From Trichosphaerium sp. ATCC 40318 (lineage: Eukaryota > Protista > Tubulinea): DNA of 64,000 nt. The stretch lies in NCBI GenBank assembly GCA_038496445.1, contig JALMLS010000376.1, positions 496,001 to 560,000 on the forward strand, given 5' to 3'. Positions 1 to 12,891 of the stretch are shown one piece after another (position 1 is the stretch's first letter; each line of letters begins with the position of its first letter). Position numbers and translations under genes: made by a program. The notes beneath the pieces were generated by a model. It was given only the letters and a program-made list of their open reading frames with translations, ran no database searches and had not been told where the DNA came from.

Positions 1-912
1 CAGGCGGATCAAGCGGTAAAACAAATGAAATGAGTGTTGTGCCTGGCCATGGATCTATAATGACAAATATGGAATCGGATAACGACGCTACACAAACAAT
101 ATAAGCTCATAGTAAATTTAAACATAAAATAATAAAACACTATTAAAATCTTAACCGCCTGTATTGTTGACGCTACTGTTCTATGTCAACATAATTTTTT
201 CGCCTTTTCATTGCGTACCGAGTTGGCAAAAACTGAAAAAATGCCAGAAACCTATGCAGTTTTTTTTGGTATGCTTTGGAAATATTTTCTTATAACCTGA
301 AGATGAATCCGCCAGTGCACAAGTAGATGGTTCTCTCTTCGCTTGTATTGTAGATATACAGCGACCCAGGTATCTTAAATGGAAGGTTTATTCAGTTACA
401 ATTAAAACTACGCAGTCTCAAGCGAACCCATCCCTTTTTCCTCAATGCAACGAGCAAAATGCATTGGTTTTGTGCTGTCGGTTAAATGCATGTCATTCCG
501 TCCACATCTCACTGTTTAATTTCCAATCTCTGAACGGGACACGCTAGTTACAGGCGCGTTCCTTTCCTTATTATACAATAGCCGCTGTGATGTTAGTGAA
601 ATGCGCAGATTTCAAGAAGAAGCGAAAATATAAGATTTAAAAAAAGGGTAATTCAAACACTATTGTGCAAAACCATTTCGCTTGGAAATATGGTAAACAC
701 GTGCCCAATAGAATATTTTAATATGGAGTTTTAAAATTAGGTACAAATACAAAAAAACGTATTTTGGGTTAGCGTCAATATAGCACTATCCACGTTATTA
801 ACGTCCAAAATAAAACCAACAAAGACAATATACTGCACAAGATTTAGGCTGGCAAAAATAAAAAAAATTATGACGACAACCAAAAACCATAAAATTTATC
901 CTTTAAACACAG

Positions 913-2542
913 ATGACACGGCTCACTCTTATTGTATTTGTATTAGCACTTGGTAAGATATTATTTTAGCCTATTTATGACGTTATTATTCAACTTTACA
1001 AGTCGCCACGTGTAGTTTTTTGAAATTAACTAATTTTGTCTTAGTAGCTAATGTTGTTGTATCTAAAAACTGTATCTGTCTGAGCCAACCGGACTGCCTT
1101 TGTACAGAATTAAACAATGAATTTCCTACTTGCGATCTATGTACCGCTTGCGGTCCAATATTAGATGCTTGTACTAATGTCATTAACGCTGGTAATGTCG
1201 GCCAAGTCGGAACTGGCTCTAGTACGTATTTATTGAATTTTATTTATTGAAAAAAACCATCTAAGACCTTGAGGATTACAATGTCTCTTGTACATATTCT
1301 TACCTTAGCTTAGCGGAACCTACCCTCAACATTAACAACCAAGAAAGAAACTGTGTTGTCATTGATGGAGTTACTGTCAATGGAAACATCAACGGCGGTG
1401 GTGACGACTGTATTAGAGTTATCAACGGTGGTGTACTCAACGGCGATGCAAGCGGTAACTGGGGATCAGATTGTATTGAGGTAATCGGACAAGGATCTTC
1501 TATCACTGGACGTGTAAGAGGAGGTACTTAAAGATCTTTTTGTTATGTGAATTTTCTGGAAACGCAGAGCGTCGAGTTTGTTCCTTTTTTTTTTAACCTT
1601 CAATTTAAATTTGTTTTGTCACGTTTTGTACTTCGCCCTCTTATTTTGTCGACACTATAAATACAAATCGTGACCAACAGTTTAATCAAAAAACACCAAC
1701 CACACTCGACTCTCCTTGCGTCACGTTACGTGCCAAACAAAATATAGAAAAAACGACAAGTGCAGTGCTTTTTATTTTTGATCAATGTTTTGTTCTTTTC
1801 CAAATTATACTAAGTTCACGTGTAGACTCTCAAGAAGATTGCGTTCGCGTAAACGGAGGTCATATTGGCGAAGCAAAACTTGGATCAGGAAGAGATTGTC
1901 TTGTTGCTATTGACGCTACTATTGGTTCTTCTACAACGAACGTTGCTGTTGACGGTGAATCTCAAGTTGACTGCTTCATTATCTCTAACACAATCATCGA
2001 CGGAACTGTTACTGGTAAGTTCTATTTAACCCATGCCTAAAGTTCTTTGCGCTTATTCACTTTTCTCAGGTTCAAGCGACAATGATTGTATTGAAGTAAC
2101 AAGTTCCTCCCAAATCGATGGTGACTTGGACGGTAGTAACGGAGACGATATTGTATTCCTTCAAGAGTCTGAAGTCACAGGTGATGTTAATGGATTTAAC
2201 GGAAACGATATTGTCGCTGTACTTGATTCTGTTGTCAACGGTGATGTTGATGGCTTCAACGGTAAGCTCTTCTTCCTTTTCCTTTTTTATTTTTTTTGTC
2301 GTTTCGATCACGTGCTTATTTTCGCCTAAGGTGACGATGAAATGACTGTAACAGGTTCTTCGATTGGCGGAGATGTAACTGGTTTCAATGGAGCTGACGA
2401 AATTATTGTTTGCGACAACAGCATTGGTGGAAGCTTTGATGCTGGTTGGGGTACTGATGTTTGCGCCTCTGATCTTGATGCTGCCGCTCTTACTCGTTGT
2501 GAATCCAAACTTGAGTGTTATTCGTTTGATCCAAAGCCTTAA
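913..2542 (+). CDS. Secreted Cys-rich protein with ~19-20 aa RTX-like (GxNGxD) beta-roll repeats; 6 exons
   Basis: ATG 913 gives signal peptide MTRLTLIVFVLAL|VANVVVS across intron 953-1044. Spliced repeats GSNGDDIVFLQESEVTGDVN/GFNGNDIVAVLDSVVNGDVD/GFNGDDEMTVTGSSIGGDVT/GFNGADEIIV; stop 2542. Confidence 0.75.
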
Positions 2543-2784
2543 TTAAGGACGCTTGTACTATTTGTTACACTATATCATAAACACTATTACTTCTATCTCA
2601 TAACTACAGTTTGCTTATTGTTTGTACTTTTTTCTTATCACGCCTTAGCCTTACTCTTGCCTCAATTAATTGCTGTGAAATGCACATAACACTCGTCTAT
2701 TTTGATTATTTCGTTTAAGCGCTTCTGCACTGTTTAAGTTTGTTTGATAGTACGTGGTTAAGTATCAAGTTTTTACAGTTAAAC

Positions 2785-3973
2785 ATGTCAGAAGCAACTG
2801 ACGGAGAACGCCAAAAAGAGCTCATAGATACTGTACGTCCATTGACCATGTACTAGCGACACACAAAGGATTTTTTTTAAGCTAACGGCATCAAATAAAA
2901 AATGCTGTGAGATTTGGAAGTGTCTGTATGGCTCATTGGTAGATGGGAGGTTCTTGGGATGTGATAAAAAGGAGTTGGAGAAATTCTGCACTGAAAAAAA
3001 ACTAACTAAAGAGGCAATGGAGGGCGTATTAAAGCTTGAAGAAGATATGTACGCCCTTTTAATACATTATAAGTACAATTAAAGAGAAAACGATCCGTTA
3101 TTGGTTAAACTCGTTATAAAAGCCTTCCCAGTAACCCCACTGCGTAGGAATGACGCGTGTGTACTCTCATATAATACAATCTCTGAGGTGTCATTTATTC
3201 ACAACCGACTTATGTTTTCGATGATTAAACAAGACCAAAATGTTGATAGGTACGTCTAATCATCAGAACTGGTAATAAAACTGATTATTAATAGAATGGA
3301 TAACATGTTTCCTAAAGGCTCAAACGTTTTTAACAATATTCTCCCTAAAACACGCTATTTCGATATGTCATCGATGATAGAACAATACACATATCTTCTT
3401 CCTGTTAGAGCAATAGTTGCACTTGAAAAATGGGAAAAAGCTTTAAGTGACATCGAGAAACACTTGGAAAAACTTGAGAAAAAAAAACATTTGGATATTT
3501 TTTTGACAAAATCTATTTTTAAGTTGTTCGGTATTCCTCTTCAAGATGGTGATGAAAATGATATATCTATTAAACAACACGTGGCTTTTTTCAGGAGAAA
3601 AGAAAAGAATTGCTACACCCACTTTGTTATACCAGTAACCGCTGATAACATGGATTTCTTGGGACATTATGCTGAGATTCTTGATAAACAATATGACAGA
3701 CTAGGGAGCGATGACATTGGTGATGATGATGTTAAGTTTGATGATGAAGATGAAGGTCCTCCAGCTACACGTTTGAGAAAGAGGAAGGTAAAAGAAGCTG
3801 GTCTTAAGGCACCAGAAAAAGGTGAAGTTGTACCAAAGAAAGCAAAGAAAGGTAGTGCAAAAAAGCGTGTTTCTGAAGAACATAAAAATCAATCAGAACC
3901 ACCAGAAGAAGATGATAAACCTGGTGTAACACGTAGGCTCACCAGGAGTGCACGTCGCAACAAATCAATATAA
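2785..3973 (+). CDS. Hypothetical protein with acidic patch and Lys/Arg-rich C-terminus (probably nuclear); 4 exons
   Basis: ATG 2785; three GT-AG introns splice in frame into the 225-aa ORF 3296-3973; no family motif recognised. Confidence 0.6.
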
Positions 3974-4217
3974 TCCGTCTACGAAACACTGATTTTTCTG
4001 TTGAATAGAGTTGTAATTGTAGATAAAATTTGTAAAGGTAGCTTTGTTGTAGTGTTGCCGGTTTGTACCGGTGCTTAATATTGACCAGTGTCATTAGTTT
4101 AATACTAGTTTGATAGTGGTAATATGTACATGGGCACAGAGTCAGTGTAATGTGAAGGTTGTTATTATAAAAACTATAATTACATAGCCATGTGCAAGTG
4201 AACTTTGGAACGACGTT

Positions 4218-5639
4218 CTACTCTTTAGCTGCATCCTTCGATTTCTTATTGCGTTTTGGAAAAAGTCTTTTTCGTGCTCTCAAAAGATGACTTTTAAACT
4301 CCTTCGAAACTAAAGTAAGAACAAAACAAATAACTAGATTGAGAAAAAAATGAGCACATTTATTAATACCTCTGGTGAGTAACTCACGGAACCTCCGTGA
4401 AAATCAATGAGTTGATCTTTGTCTATGTATTTTAGAAGGTCTTTTTCGTCATGAATAAGGCGAATCTTGAGATAATAAAACGTTAAGTGTTTGAGTGTTA
4501 AGTTTGTTTAGTACGGTACCCTAGAAAGTATTTTGGCTTTTATAAAGAGACGTAGTACTGAAATGAGTGCTGTGAAAAATATTGGAGGATTGAGTACCTA
4601 ATAAATATTGAGATAGATGCCAATACATTAAAGACTGTAAAAGAAAGAAAGAGCGTACCAGGATGCGTTGAGGTCTTTGTGGAAACTTGTTAAGGATTGG
4701 CATAAATTTTCTTTTATGCTCGATATCAAATTGTGCCCACGTGACGTTCTTCAAGTCCAACACCATACAAGCGCCATTTCTGTGGTAATCCATGCTATAG
4801 GAGTATTGATTAGAAGAGTCCACAACGAGTTTCGGGGCACCCTTCACTCATGAATGAAAGCACTTGAGTTGAAATCTATACTTTAGATTAGTCTATGCTG
4901 TGGTTTTATCGCAAAGCGTACCGCCCAGTCTATGATATCATCACGATCCATTGTCTTTGGGTCGTTCAAAGCAGAGCGATTGTACATGATCATGTAACCT
5001 TCCTTAGACCGACAGCCTGTAACAGTAAATAAAGTTCTTTGTGTATAAAAAAAACCAAAAACTGTTTTGAAAGCTACCTGGTACACATAAGAACTTTCCG
5101 CTGAGTACAATGTGATCTTTTAAACGCTTTGGTTTTAAGATACGCTTATACATTGGATCGGTAGTTGCCCACTACATGACAAAATAAGTACGTTTCATCG
5201 CAAACAAGCCTAAGAAATACCTCAAGAAATTCTCTAGCCATTTTTTCTGCTCTATCAATATCATACTTTCTTGCAAACAACATCGCAGCAAGAAGTCTAA
5301 GAAGATGTGTTTAAGATAACAGAATGCTCGCGTTTATAAACCGTGAATTTACCTGTCATGAAGGATAACTGATGACTCACCTTCAAGTGAGAGTCTAGCT
5401 TTGAGATCTTGTAGTACCAAGTACTCTTGTGGGAATAGTTCTTCTGCAAGCGTTGACGTTGGAAACTCTCCAATTTGTTGTTTCTACAAAACGCTTTTAT
5501 GTTCATGTCACATACTACCTTGTCTAACTAGTAAAGAGCGTACTGAACACGTTGGAGGGCTTGGCAAAGGCTGTCCTTTTATCTTCGACTTTGTCTTTAT
5601 TTTTGTAGTCTTCTTACTTTTTGAATCTGACGTTGCCAT
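4218..5639 (-). CDS. CRAL-TRIO (Sec14-like) lipid-binding domain protein, copy A (appears intact)
   Basis: Spliced translation includes MDYHRNGACMVLDLKNVTWAQFD...ILNKFPQRPQRIL and LKYIDKDQLIDFHGG, typical of CRAL-TRIO; ATG 5639, TAG 4218-4220. Confidence 0.8.
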
Positions 5640-5868
5640 CGTGTGTTCAGTTGTGTTTAGGTGTGTCTGGTGTAATAATTATTTACCCGACATCCACGTT
5701 GCAAATCTCTCTGGGCTTTTAATAATCCCGAGAAACCATTGACTTAGGTATCTACGAGCTAAGTTCCGTTCGAAAGAACGTGGTCCACAAATGAGAGGAA
5801 AATCTCTAGGGCTCGCGTAATGAAAAAAAAAACTGAAGGCGCTGTGGTGTAACATGGTTTATTCGCTC

Positions 5869-6480
5869 TCATACGATTGCGTCTGCGATGTCTTTGGCTT
5901 GTTTGGTACCTTCATCGTGTTGGTACGATTTGGCTTCTTTTGGTTGAAAGAATCTTAAACCGTCCTTTTCAAAACGCCTAGGCGTAGGGTTAGCGGTGAA
6001 GTAGGTCGTAAAGCGTAAATCAAATGGTATAAGTGTCAATGTCGTTAATGTAAATCGGTTAAAAGTTATCGTACGGAATAACGTGTGCGTGGTAGTGAAA
6101 GACTAGGGTGTTTTAGTACACTTTAAGTTTCTAGTGATAATTATTTATCGTACCGACTTGTCCAGCAGCGGCGCAGTTGTTTTGGACAATATTAACACCA
6201 TCGGCGTTAGTTGCTTTTTTGACAGCGATCGCTACTTTTTTAGTTGCTACAGCTACTTCAGCCAGGATGTCGTCAGGGATAGACATTAAATCTGTACTGC
6301 TTTGAAATGACTACAAAGTTTTAGAAGGTAAAATATTGTTTTTTAGCGTCTACCTAGAGTATGGCCTTTATTGACAGGGTTTATGTCTAAGAACGCCAAA
6401 ACATTGGTTGTCTCATACACTTTGTAGCAAGGGATGCTTCCCTTTACTATGCGAGTAAATATAGTGTCTTCTGTGGCCAT
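5869..6480 (-). pseudogene. HIT (Hint-like) gene copy A, frameshifted and lacking its own upstream region
   Basis: Near-identical to copy B but tctgtactgctttg (~6291-6304) replaces tctgggtatggctgctttg (net -5 nt); its ATG lies at the duplication junction. Could be a sequencing error. Confidence 0.6.
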
Positions 6481-6537
6481 GTGATGTAGGTTGTTATTAT
6501 AAAAACTATAATTACATAGCCATGTGCAAGTGAACTT

Positions 6538-7925
6538 TGGACGTTGTACTTTAGCTGCATCCTTCGATTTCTTATTGCGTTTTGGAAAAAGTCTTTTTCG
6601 TGCTCTCAAAAGATGACTTTTAAACTCCTTCGAAACTAAAGTAAGAACAAAACAAATAACTAGATTGAGAAAAAAATGAGCACATTTATTAATACCTCTG
6701 GTGAGTAACTCACGGAACCTCCGTGAAAATCAATGAGTTGATCTTTGTCTATGTATTTTAGAAGGTCTTTTTCGTCATGAATAAGGCGAATCTTGAGATA
6801 AAACTTAAGTGTTTGAGTTTGTTTACGGTGGGTAGAAAGTATTTTGGCTTTTATAAAGAGACGTAGTACTGAAATGAGTGCTGTGAAAAATATTGGAGGA
6901 TTGAGTACCTAATAAATATTGAGATAGCTGCCAATACATTAAAGACTGTAAAAGAAAGAAAGAGCGTACCAGGATGCGTTGAGGTCTTTGTGGAAACTTG
7001 TTAAGAATTGGCATAAATTTTCTTTTATGCTCGATATCAAATTGTGCCCATGTGACGTTCTTCAAGTCCAACACCATACAAGCGCCATTTCTGTGGTAAT
7101 CCATGCTATATAAAAGTATTAATTAGAAGAGTCCACAACGAGTTTCGGGGCACCCTTCACTCATGAATGAAAGCGCTTGAGTTGAAATCTATACTTTAAA
7201 TTAGTCTATGCTGTGGTTTTATCGCAAAGCGTACCGCCCAGTCTATGATATCATCACGATCCATTGTCTTTGGGTCGTTCAAAGCAGAGCGATTGTACAT
7301 GATCATGTAACCTTCCTTAGACCGACAGCCTGTAACAGTAAATAAAGTTCTTTGTATACAAAAAAAAAAACTGTTTTGAAAGCTACCTGGTACACATAAG
7401 AACTTTCCACTGAGTACAATGTGATCTTTTAAACGCTTTGGTTTTAAGATACGCTTATACATTGGATCGGTAGTTGCCCACTACATGACAAAATAAGTAC
7501 GTTTCATCGCAAGCAAGCCTAAGAAATACCTCAAGAAATTCTCTAGCCATTTTTTCTGCTCTATCAATATCATACTTTCTTGCAAACAACATCGCAGCAA
7601 GAAGTCTAAGAAGATGTGTTTAAATAACAGAATGCTCGCGTTTATAACCCGTGAATTTACCTGTCATGAAGGATAACGGACGCTCACCTTCAAGTGAGAT
7701 CTAGCTTAGAAAAAGTACTCTTGAAATAGTTCTTCTGCAAGCTTGACGTTGGAAACTCTCAATTTGTTGTTTCTACGAAAGGCTTTTATGTTCATGTCAC
7801 ATACCTTGTCTAACTAGTAAAGAGCGTACTGAACACGTTAGAGGGCTTGGCAAAGGTTGTCCTTTTATCTTCGACTTTGTCTTTATTTTTGTAGTCTTCT
7901 TACTTTTTGAGTCTGACGTTGCCAT
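6538..7925 (-). pseudogene. CRAL-TRIO gene copy B, damaged; stop lost, reads into HIT copy A
   Basis: Multiple indels relative to copy A around 7675-7805 and 6800-6835; TAG missing so ORF 6343-6609 runs into the HIT N-terminus. Confidence 0.55.
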
Positions 7926-8154
7926 CGTGCGTTCAGTTGTGTTTAGGTGTCTGGTGTAATAATTATTTACCCGACATCCACGTTGCAAATCTCTCTGGGC
8001 TTTTAATAATCCCGAGAAACCATTGACTTAGGTATCTACGAGCTAAGTTCCGTTCGAAAGAACGTGGTCCACAAATGAGAGGAAAATCTCTGGGGCTCGC
8101 GTATAATGAAAAAAAAAACTGAAGGCGCTGTGGTGTAACATGGTTTATTCGCTC

Positions 8155-8771
8155 TCATGCGATTGCGTCTGCGATGTCTTTGGCTTGTTTGGTACCTTCA
8201 TCGTGTTGGTACGATTTGGCTTCTTTTGGCTGAAAGAATCTTAAACCGTCCTTTTCAAAACGCCTAGGCGTAGGGTTAGTGGTGAAGTAGGTCGTAAAGC
8301 GTAAATCAAATGGTATAAGTGTCAATGTCGTTATTGTAAAACGGTTAAAAGTTATCGTACGGAATAACGTGTGCGTGGTAGTGAAAGACTAGGGTGTTTT
8401 AGTACACTTTAAGTTTCTAGTGATAATTATTTATCGTACCGACTTGTCCAGCAGCGGCGCAGTTGTTTTGGACAATATTAACACCATCGGCGTTAGTTGC
8501 TTTTTTGACAGCGATCGCTACTTTTTTAGTTGCTACAGCTACTTCAGCCAGGATGTCGTCAGGGATAGACATTAAATCTGGGTATGGCTGCTTTGAAATG
8601 ACTACAAAGTTTTAGAAGGTAAAATATTGTTTTTTAGCGTCTACCTAGAGTATGGCCTTTATTGACAGGGTTTATGTCTAAGAACGCCAAAACATTGGTT
8701 GTCTCATACACTTTGTAGCAAGGGATGCTTCCCTTTACTATGCGAGTAAATATAGTGTCTTCTGTGGCCAT
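8155..8771 (-). CDS. Histidine triad (HIT/Hint-like) nucleotide-binding protein; 4 exons
   Basis: [46 protein letters not shown]...AGQVVFHYHAHVIPRFEKDG, with HxHxH triad. Confidence 0.9.
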
Positions 8772-9194
8772 CTGAGTAGTTTCAAACAAAAACAGATTAA
8801 GCCACGTTTTACGTGAGGTGCAGTATGTATAGAACTCTACACTGCGTTTTTAGGCGGAAAACGCTCCAACAGCTGGTTGAACAGCACGTCATGCGCACTC
8901 ATTGCGTCACGTACATTGGTGCACAACGACTTTGTTTCAAGTGCTCATCAGAAAAGCCTTAAACGTGTATTTACACAGCGGTTGTATGGAGAAGGAAGTA
9001 ATATTCTAAAATAGGGGATTAAGGGAGGTCGCACAAAGTCCATCTAACAATTACTGGTGTGCACTCAAAGTCTCAAACGGTTTGAATACGCCGATAACCG
9101 TGCTTGTGTTTCAGATAGACTGACGATAGAAAGACGATCCTTTTTTTTTGTAAAAAGGACAAAGCAGGCGTTTCACGTTTTTCTCGAGCTGAAT

Positions 9195-10904
9195 ATGGGT
9201 GGTGTATGCTGTGGAGAGCATAACGCGCGTACCAAGGCAGATAGGAAGATTAGTAAAGTACTAGCTCGCGAAAAACGTCGAAAAAGCGATGAAGTATGCT
9301 TATTACTTTTGGGCACGTGATTTTTTTAATCAAGCGAAGATTCAGAGTTTACTACAAACCCGACCTAACAAAATTATTACCAGGTCCGGGAGAATCTGGA
9401 AAATCGACTGTATTGAAGCAAATGACAATCATTGATAACTTGCGTGGGTTTAGAAAGGAAGTCTACCGCGAAACGGTTTTTTCAAATTGTATTACTCAAA
9501 TGAAAGTACTAGTAGACACGTTATTGAAGCTTGGTATACCTGTGGAGGATGAGAATAAGGTACATTAGAAAATAGAATGTATTATTATGGATTAAGCTAA
9601 CACGAACTGTTAATGCATAAAATTACACTGTACCCCAGTGATACGTGCAAACTTGTCAAAAAAAACGCGAAGCTTTTTTTGTCGATTTTTTTTAATTTTT
9701 TTCAAGGAGTACGTCAAGAAGATAAACAATATAAACGAAAATGGAGACGTATGGAGTGCAAAGGTTGCTTTAATGATAAAGGAGTTATGGGCCGACAAAG
9801 GGATAAAAAGAGTATTTACTATGAGAGATAGTTACTACCAATTGAATGATACAGCTGCATAGTATGTTATTCTCTGCGACAGATTTTGGAGATCTGTCAC
9901 GTGCTTTTTCACAAACGCATAAAATTTTTATTTAATTTTTGTGTAGTTTCTTTAATAACGTTGAGAGGTTTGGTCAGGCTGATTATGTGCCTACAGTAGA
10001 TGATATTTTACGGTAAGGGTTGTGGAAATGGAAATTTCCATTTTTCAGTGTAATTCTTTTTTGGTTTTTTTTTTCACTGCTTAAGTTTTAATTCGGTATA
10101 TAGTACACGTGTTAGGACAGTTGGTGTCAATGAAGTAAAGTTTAGAATGGAAGATTTCATTTTCAAAATGGTTGATGTTGGTGGACAGAGATGTGAGCGT
10201 CGAAAATGGATAAGATGCTTCTTGGATAATACAGTAACAGCAATAATTTTTTGTGTTGGTTTGAGTGAGTATGATCAAGTACGTTGTTTGATAATTACTG
10301 ATGCATGAACCTTTTTTGTTGTGTCTTTACTCTTTATAAGTACTGCGCTTATTTTTTATTTATCTTTAGACTTTGCGAGAAGAGTCCACTGTAAACCGAA
10401 TGGATGAATCTTTAAAATTATTTGGCGAGATGAGTAATAGCTCTTGGTTTAGCAAGACACCTTTTGTATTATTTTTAAATAAGGTGGACCTGTTTAAAGA
10501 AAAAGTACAACGTGTTAACTTAAATCAATGCTTTCCTTCATACACAGGTACACCAAAGAAGAATTTTACGTACATTTTTTTAACTCACAGTGTATTTCAT
10601 TTATCAATGTAAGCGTTTTGGATTCTTTTGTTGATACAATCATAGGTGGATTGAATTATGATAAAGCGTGTGTTTTCATTAAAGCGAGGTTTATGGAACA
10701 GAATCATTCACCACACTCTATTTATCCGCACTTCACGTGTGCTTTGAATACAGAGAATATAAGATATATTTTCAATGTGAGTTTTAATTTACTTTTTTTT
10801 TGTTTGCATTTGTTCTTTCTTTAACTTTTTCTTAGGTTGTAAAGGAGACGTTAATGGCACACTTGCTGAATAGTCTTGGTGTAAATGGCTTGCATGGTAT
10901 TTAA
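9195..10904 (+). CDS. Heterotrimeric G-protein alpha subunit; 8 exons
   Basis: MGGVCCG lipidation motif, [42 protein letters not shown]; first intron is GC-AG (9313-9383). Confidence 0.95.
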
Positions 10905-11397
10905 TCGTTGACTTCCATGTACAAGAACATGAAATTTTAACGCATATAAACTAAGTACAAAACTGCGCAAAAAAACGAGAAAAAAACAGAAAAACGTAAC
11001 CAAAAATAACCACCAACTTTTTTGGACTTCGCAAACACTTGCAGTTTTTGCAATCAAGTATTCATAAGTGCCAATATATTTTTAAAGACTGTATTAAATA
11101 TTTGTATACTTCCTTTTTATCTTCATGTGAATGAGTATTGATCACTTCAACAAAAACAAACTTTTACCATAAAAACTATTTGTTGAAAGCTATTCCTTTT
11201 GTGTTGGATCAGAACTCATTTTCAAAGCCTGTACATAAAAGGCTCTAATAGTGTGTAGTTCCAATATGAGAATTCATAAGTGACGTCACTCTAAGAGTGC
11301 CACGTTATGATTTTTTTCCTACCTTGTGAACGTTTCAAGTCAAATTATGTGAAATAGCGAAGGCTAATTATACCATAAACACTAAATAACAACAGCA

Positions 11398-12510
11398 ATG
11401 ACAGCACAAGTAACGAAAGTATTCATTCTAGCAGGCCAATCTAATATGTGTGGCCGTGCAGAGGCAAAACAATTACCAAACGAACTAAAAGGTCCATACG
11501 ACCGCGTTGAAATCAGATATGACGTAGATCGCAATTTTGGTGCGTTTGTTATTTAATTAAATCATTTTAACTCCATCAGGATTTCCATGGGCAACAAACA
11601 AGACATGGGAACCAGTACAACCACAGAAATCCCTTGGGTTAAAGAAAACGCTGTTTGGTACGTTATCGCTTAATTTGGCTCTCAACGCTAATTATTGCGT
11701 AAAATAGGTCCAGAAATAACGCTCGCTAGAGATGTAGGCGAAATGTACCCTGCTGACACTAAGATTAAGTTTATTAAATTCTCAATGGGTACAACATCCT
11801 TTAAACATTACTAAACATTCCTAATAATACTCTATTAGGTAGTACAAACTTATACCAGAACTGGAGCCCTCAGAATAATGGCAAGAAAGGCTACTACGCA
11901 GCATTTGTAAAATTCGTCAAAGAGGTAAAACAATCTTGTCCAACCTACACCAACTAACTCTTTTTTTTTTAACATCAGGCTCTTGATTCTATTGAAGGTG
12001 GTTATGGTACGATTATTTAATACGAAAATACTTGAATTGTAAAACATGTGATTGTGTTTAAGTGTCAAGACTAACATTTGATAAAAATAGAAATCGAAGC
12101 ACTGTTTTGGAATCAAGGAAGTGGTGATTCCTTCCCGAATAAGCAAAAAATTGCTAATGCCTATGGATTTAATTTACGCCAGCTTATATTCAAAGTGAAA
12201 GAAGACTTAGGAATGTCTAAAGACGTACGTTGAGACCAACAGGAATGTCAATTTTTGTTGACAAAGTTCTTCTTTTTTTTAGGCACTATGGATTTCTACA
12301 ATTATTAATGGCACAAAATGGAGACGTGGTGGACTTGTACCTACTATCAATGAAGCTATTAAGAGTGTTTCAAAAAGTTTACCTTTTTGTGGAGTAGTTG
12401 ACTCTATTGACCTTCCTCTAAAGTCTGATAATATCCATTTGGATCATAAAGCACTTCAAACGCTTGGACATAGATATGCACAAAAATTGAAAGAAATGAA
12501 AAAATTGTAA
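11398..12510 (+). CDS. SASA/CE6-type carbohydrate (sialate O-acetyl) esterase, SGNH-like
   Basis: VFILAGQSNM, GPEITLAR, FWNQGSGD, DNIHL motifs; no signal peptide. Confidence 0.85.
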
Positions 12511-12891
12511 AATACGATACTGTTGTACACTTCGACGTGAATTTTTAGAGTGGTTTATTCAGCTGCAATAAAATGGTTGGAGGCGAATAGAAGCTTTAAT
12601 GTTGTCTTGTGCTGCTAGGATCATCACTCACAATGTGACTGTTGCAATCAAAATAGCATTAAAATAATGGATACTATGATTGTGTCAGATCTAAAAATGT
12701 TCTGTGGTGTAATTTATATGAGCTTAATTAGATAACAGTATCGAGGCTGCTGTATTGTCACCTGGCAGGTTGATATTAAGGTACACTTCCAGCATAAGTG
12801 CAGATTTGAAACTAGTTTGAATTGTTAAGTTTCCACAAGTCTTTCTCTAAAACCTGCGAAAGACACAAACCAAACATTATTACCCTCAAAT

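Larger units (their letters stand above)
4156..8771. repeat. Direct tandem duplication of ~2.3 kb (copy A 4156-6480, copy B 6488-8771), each copy carrying CRAL-TRIO and HIT genes
   Basis: aggttgttattataaaaactataattacatagcc at 4156 and 6488; both copies end ...tctgtggccat (6480, 8771); near-identical with clustered indels. Confidence 0.95.

Noticed and set aside
7954-8157. HIT TGA as selenocysteine or read-through (frame stays open ~65 codons with structure downstream)
   Set aside because: The HIT domain is complete at the TGA, AATAAA follows immediately, and no SECIS (AUGA...AA...GA) geometry was found
4156-8771. Duplication as an LTR element or transposon
   Set aside because: The repeats contain ordinary host genes; no transposase/RT, terminal inverted repeats or target-site duplication seen
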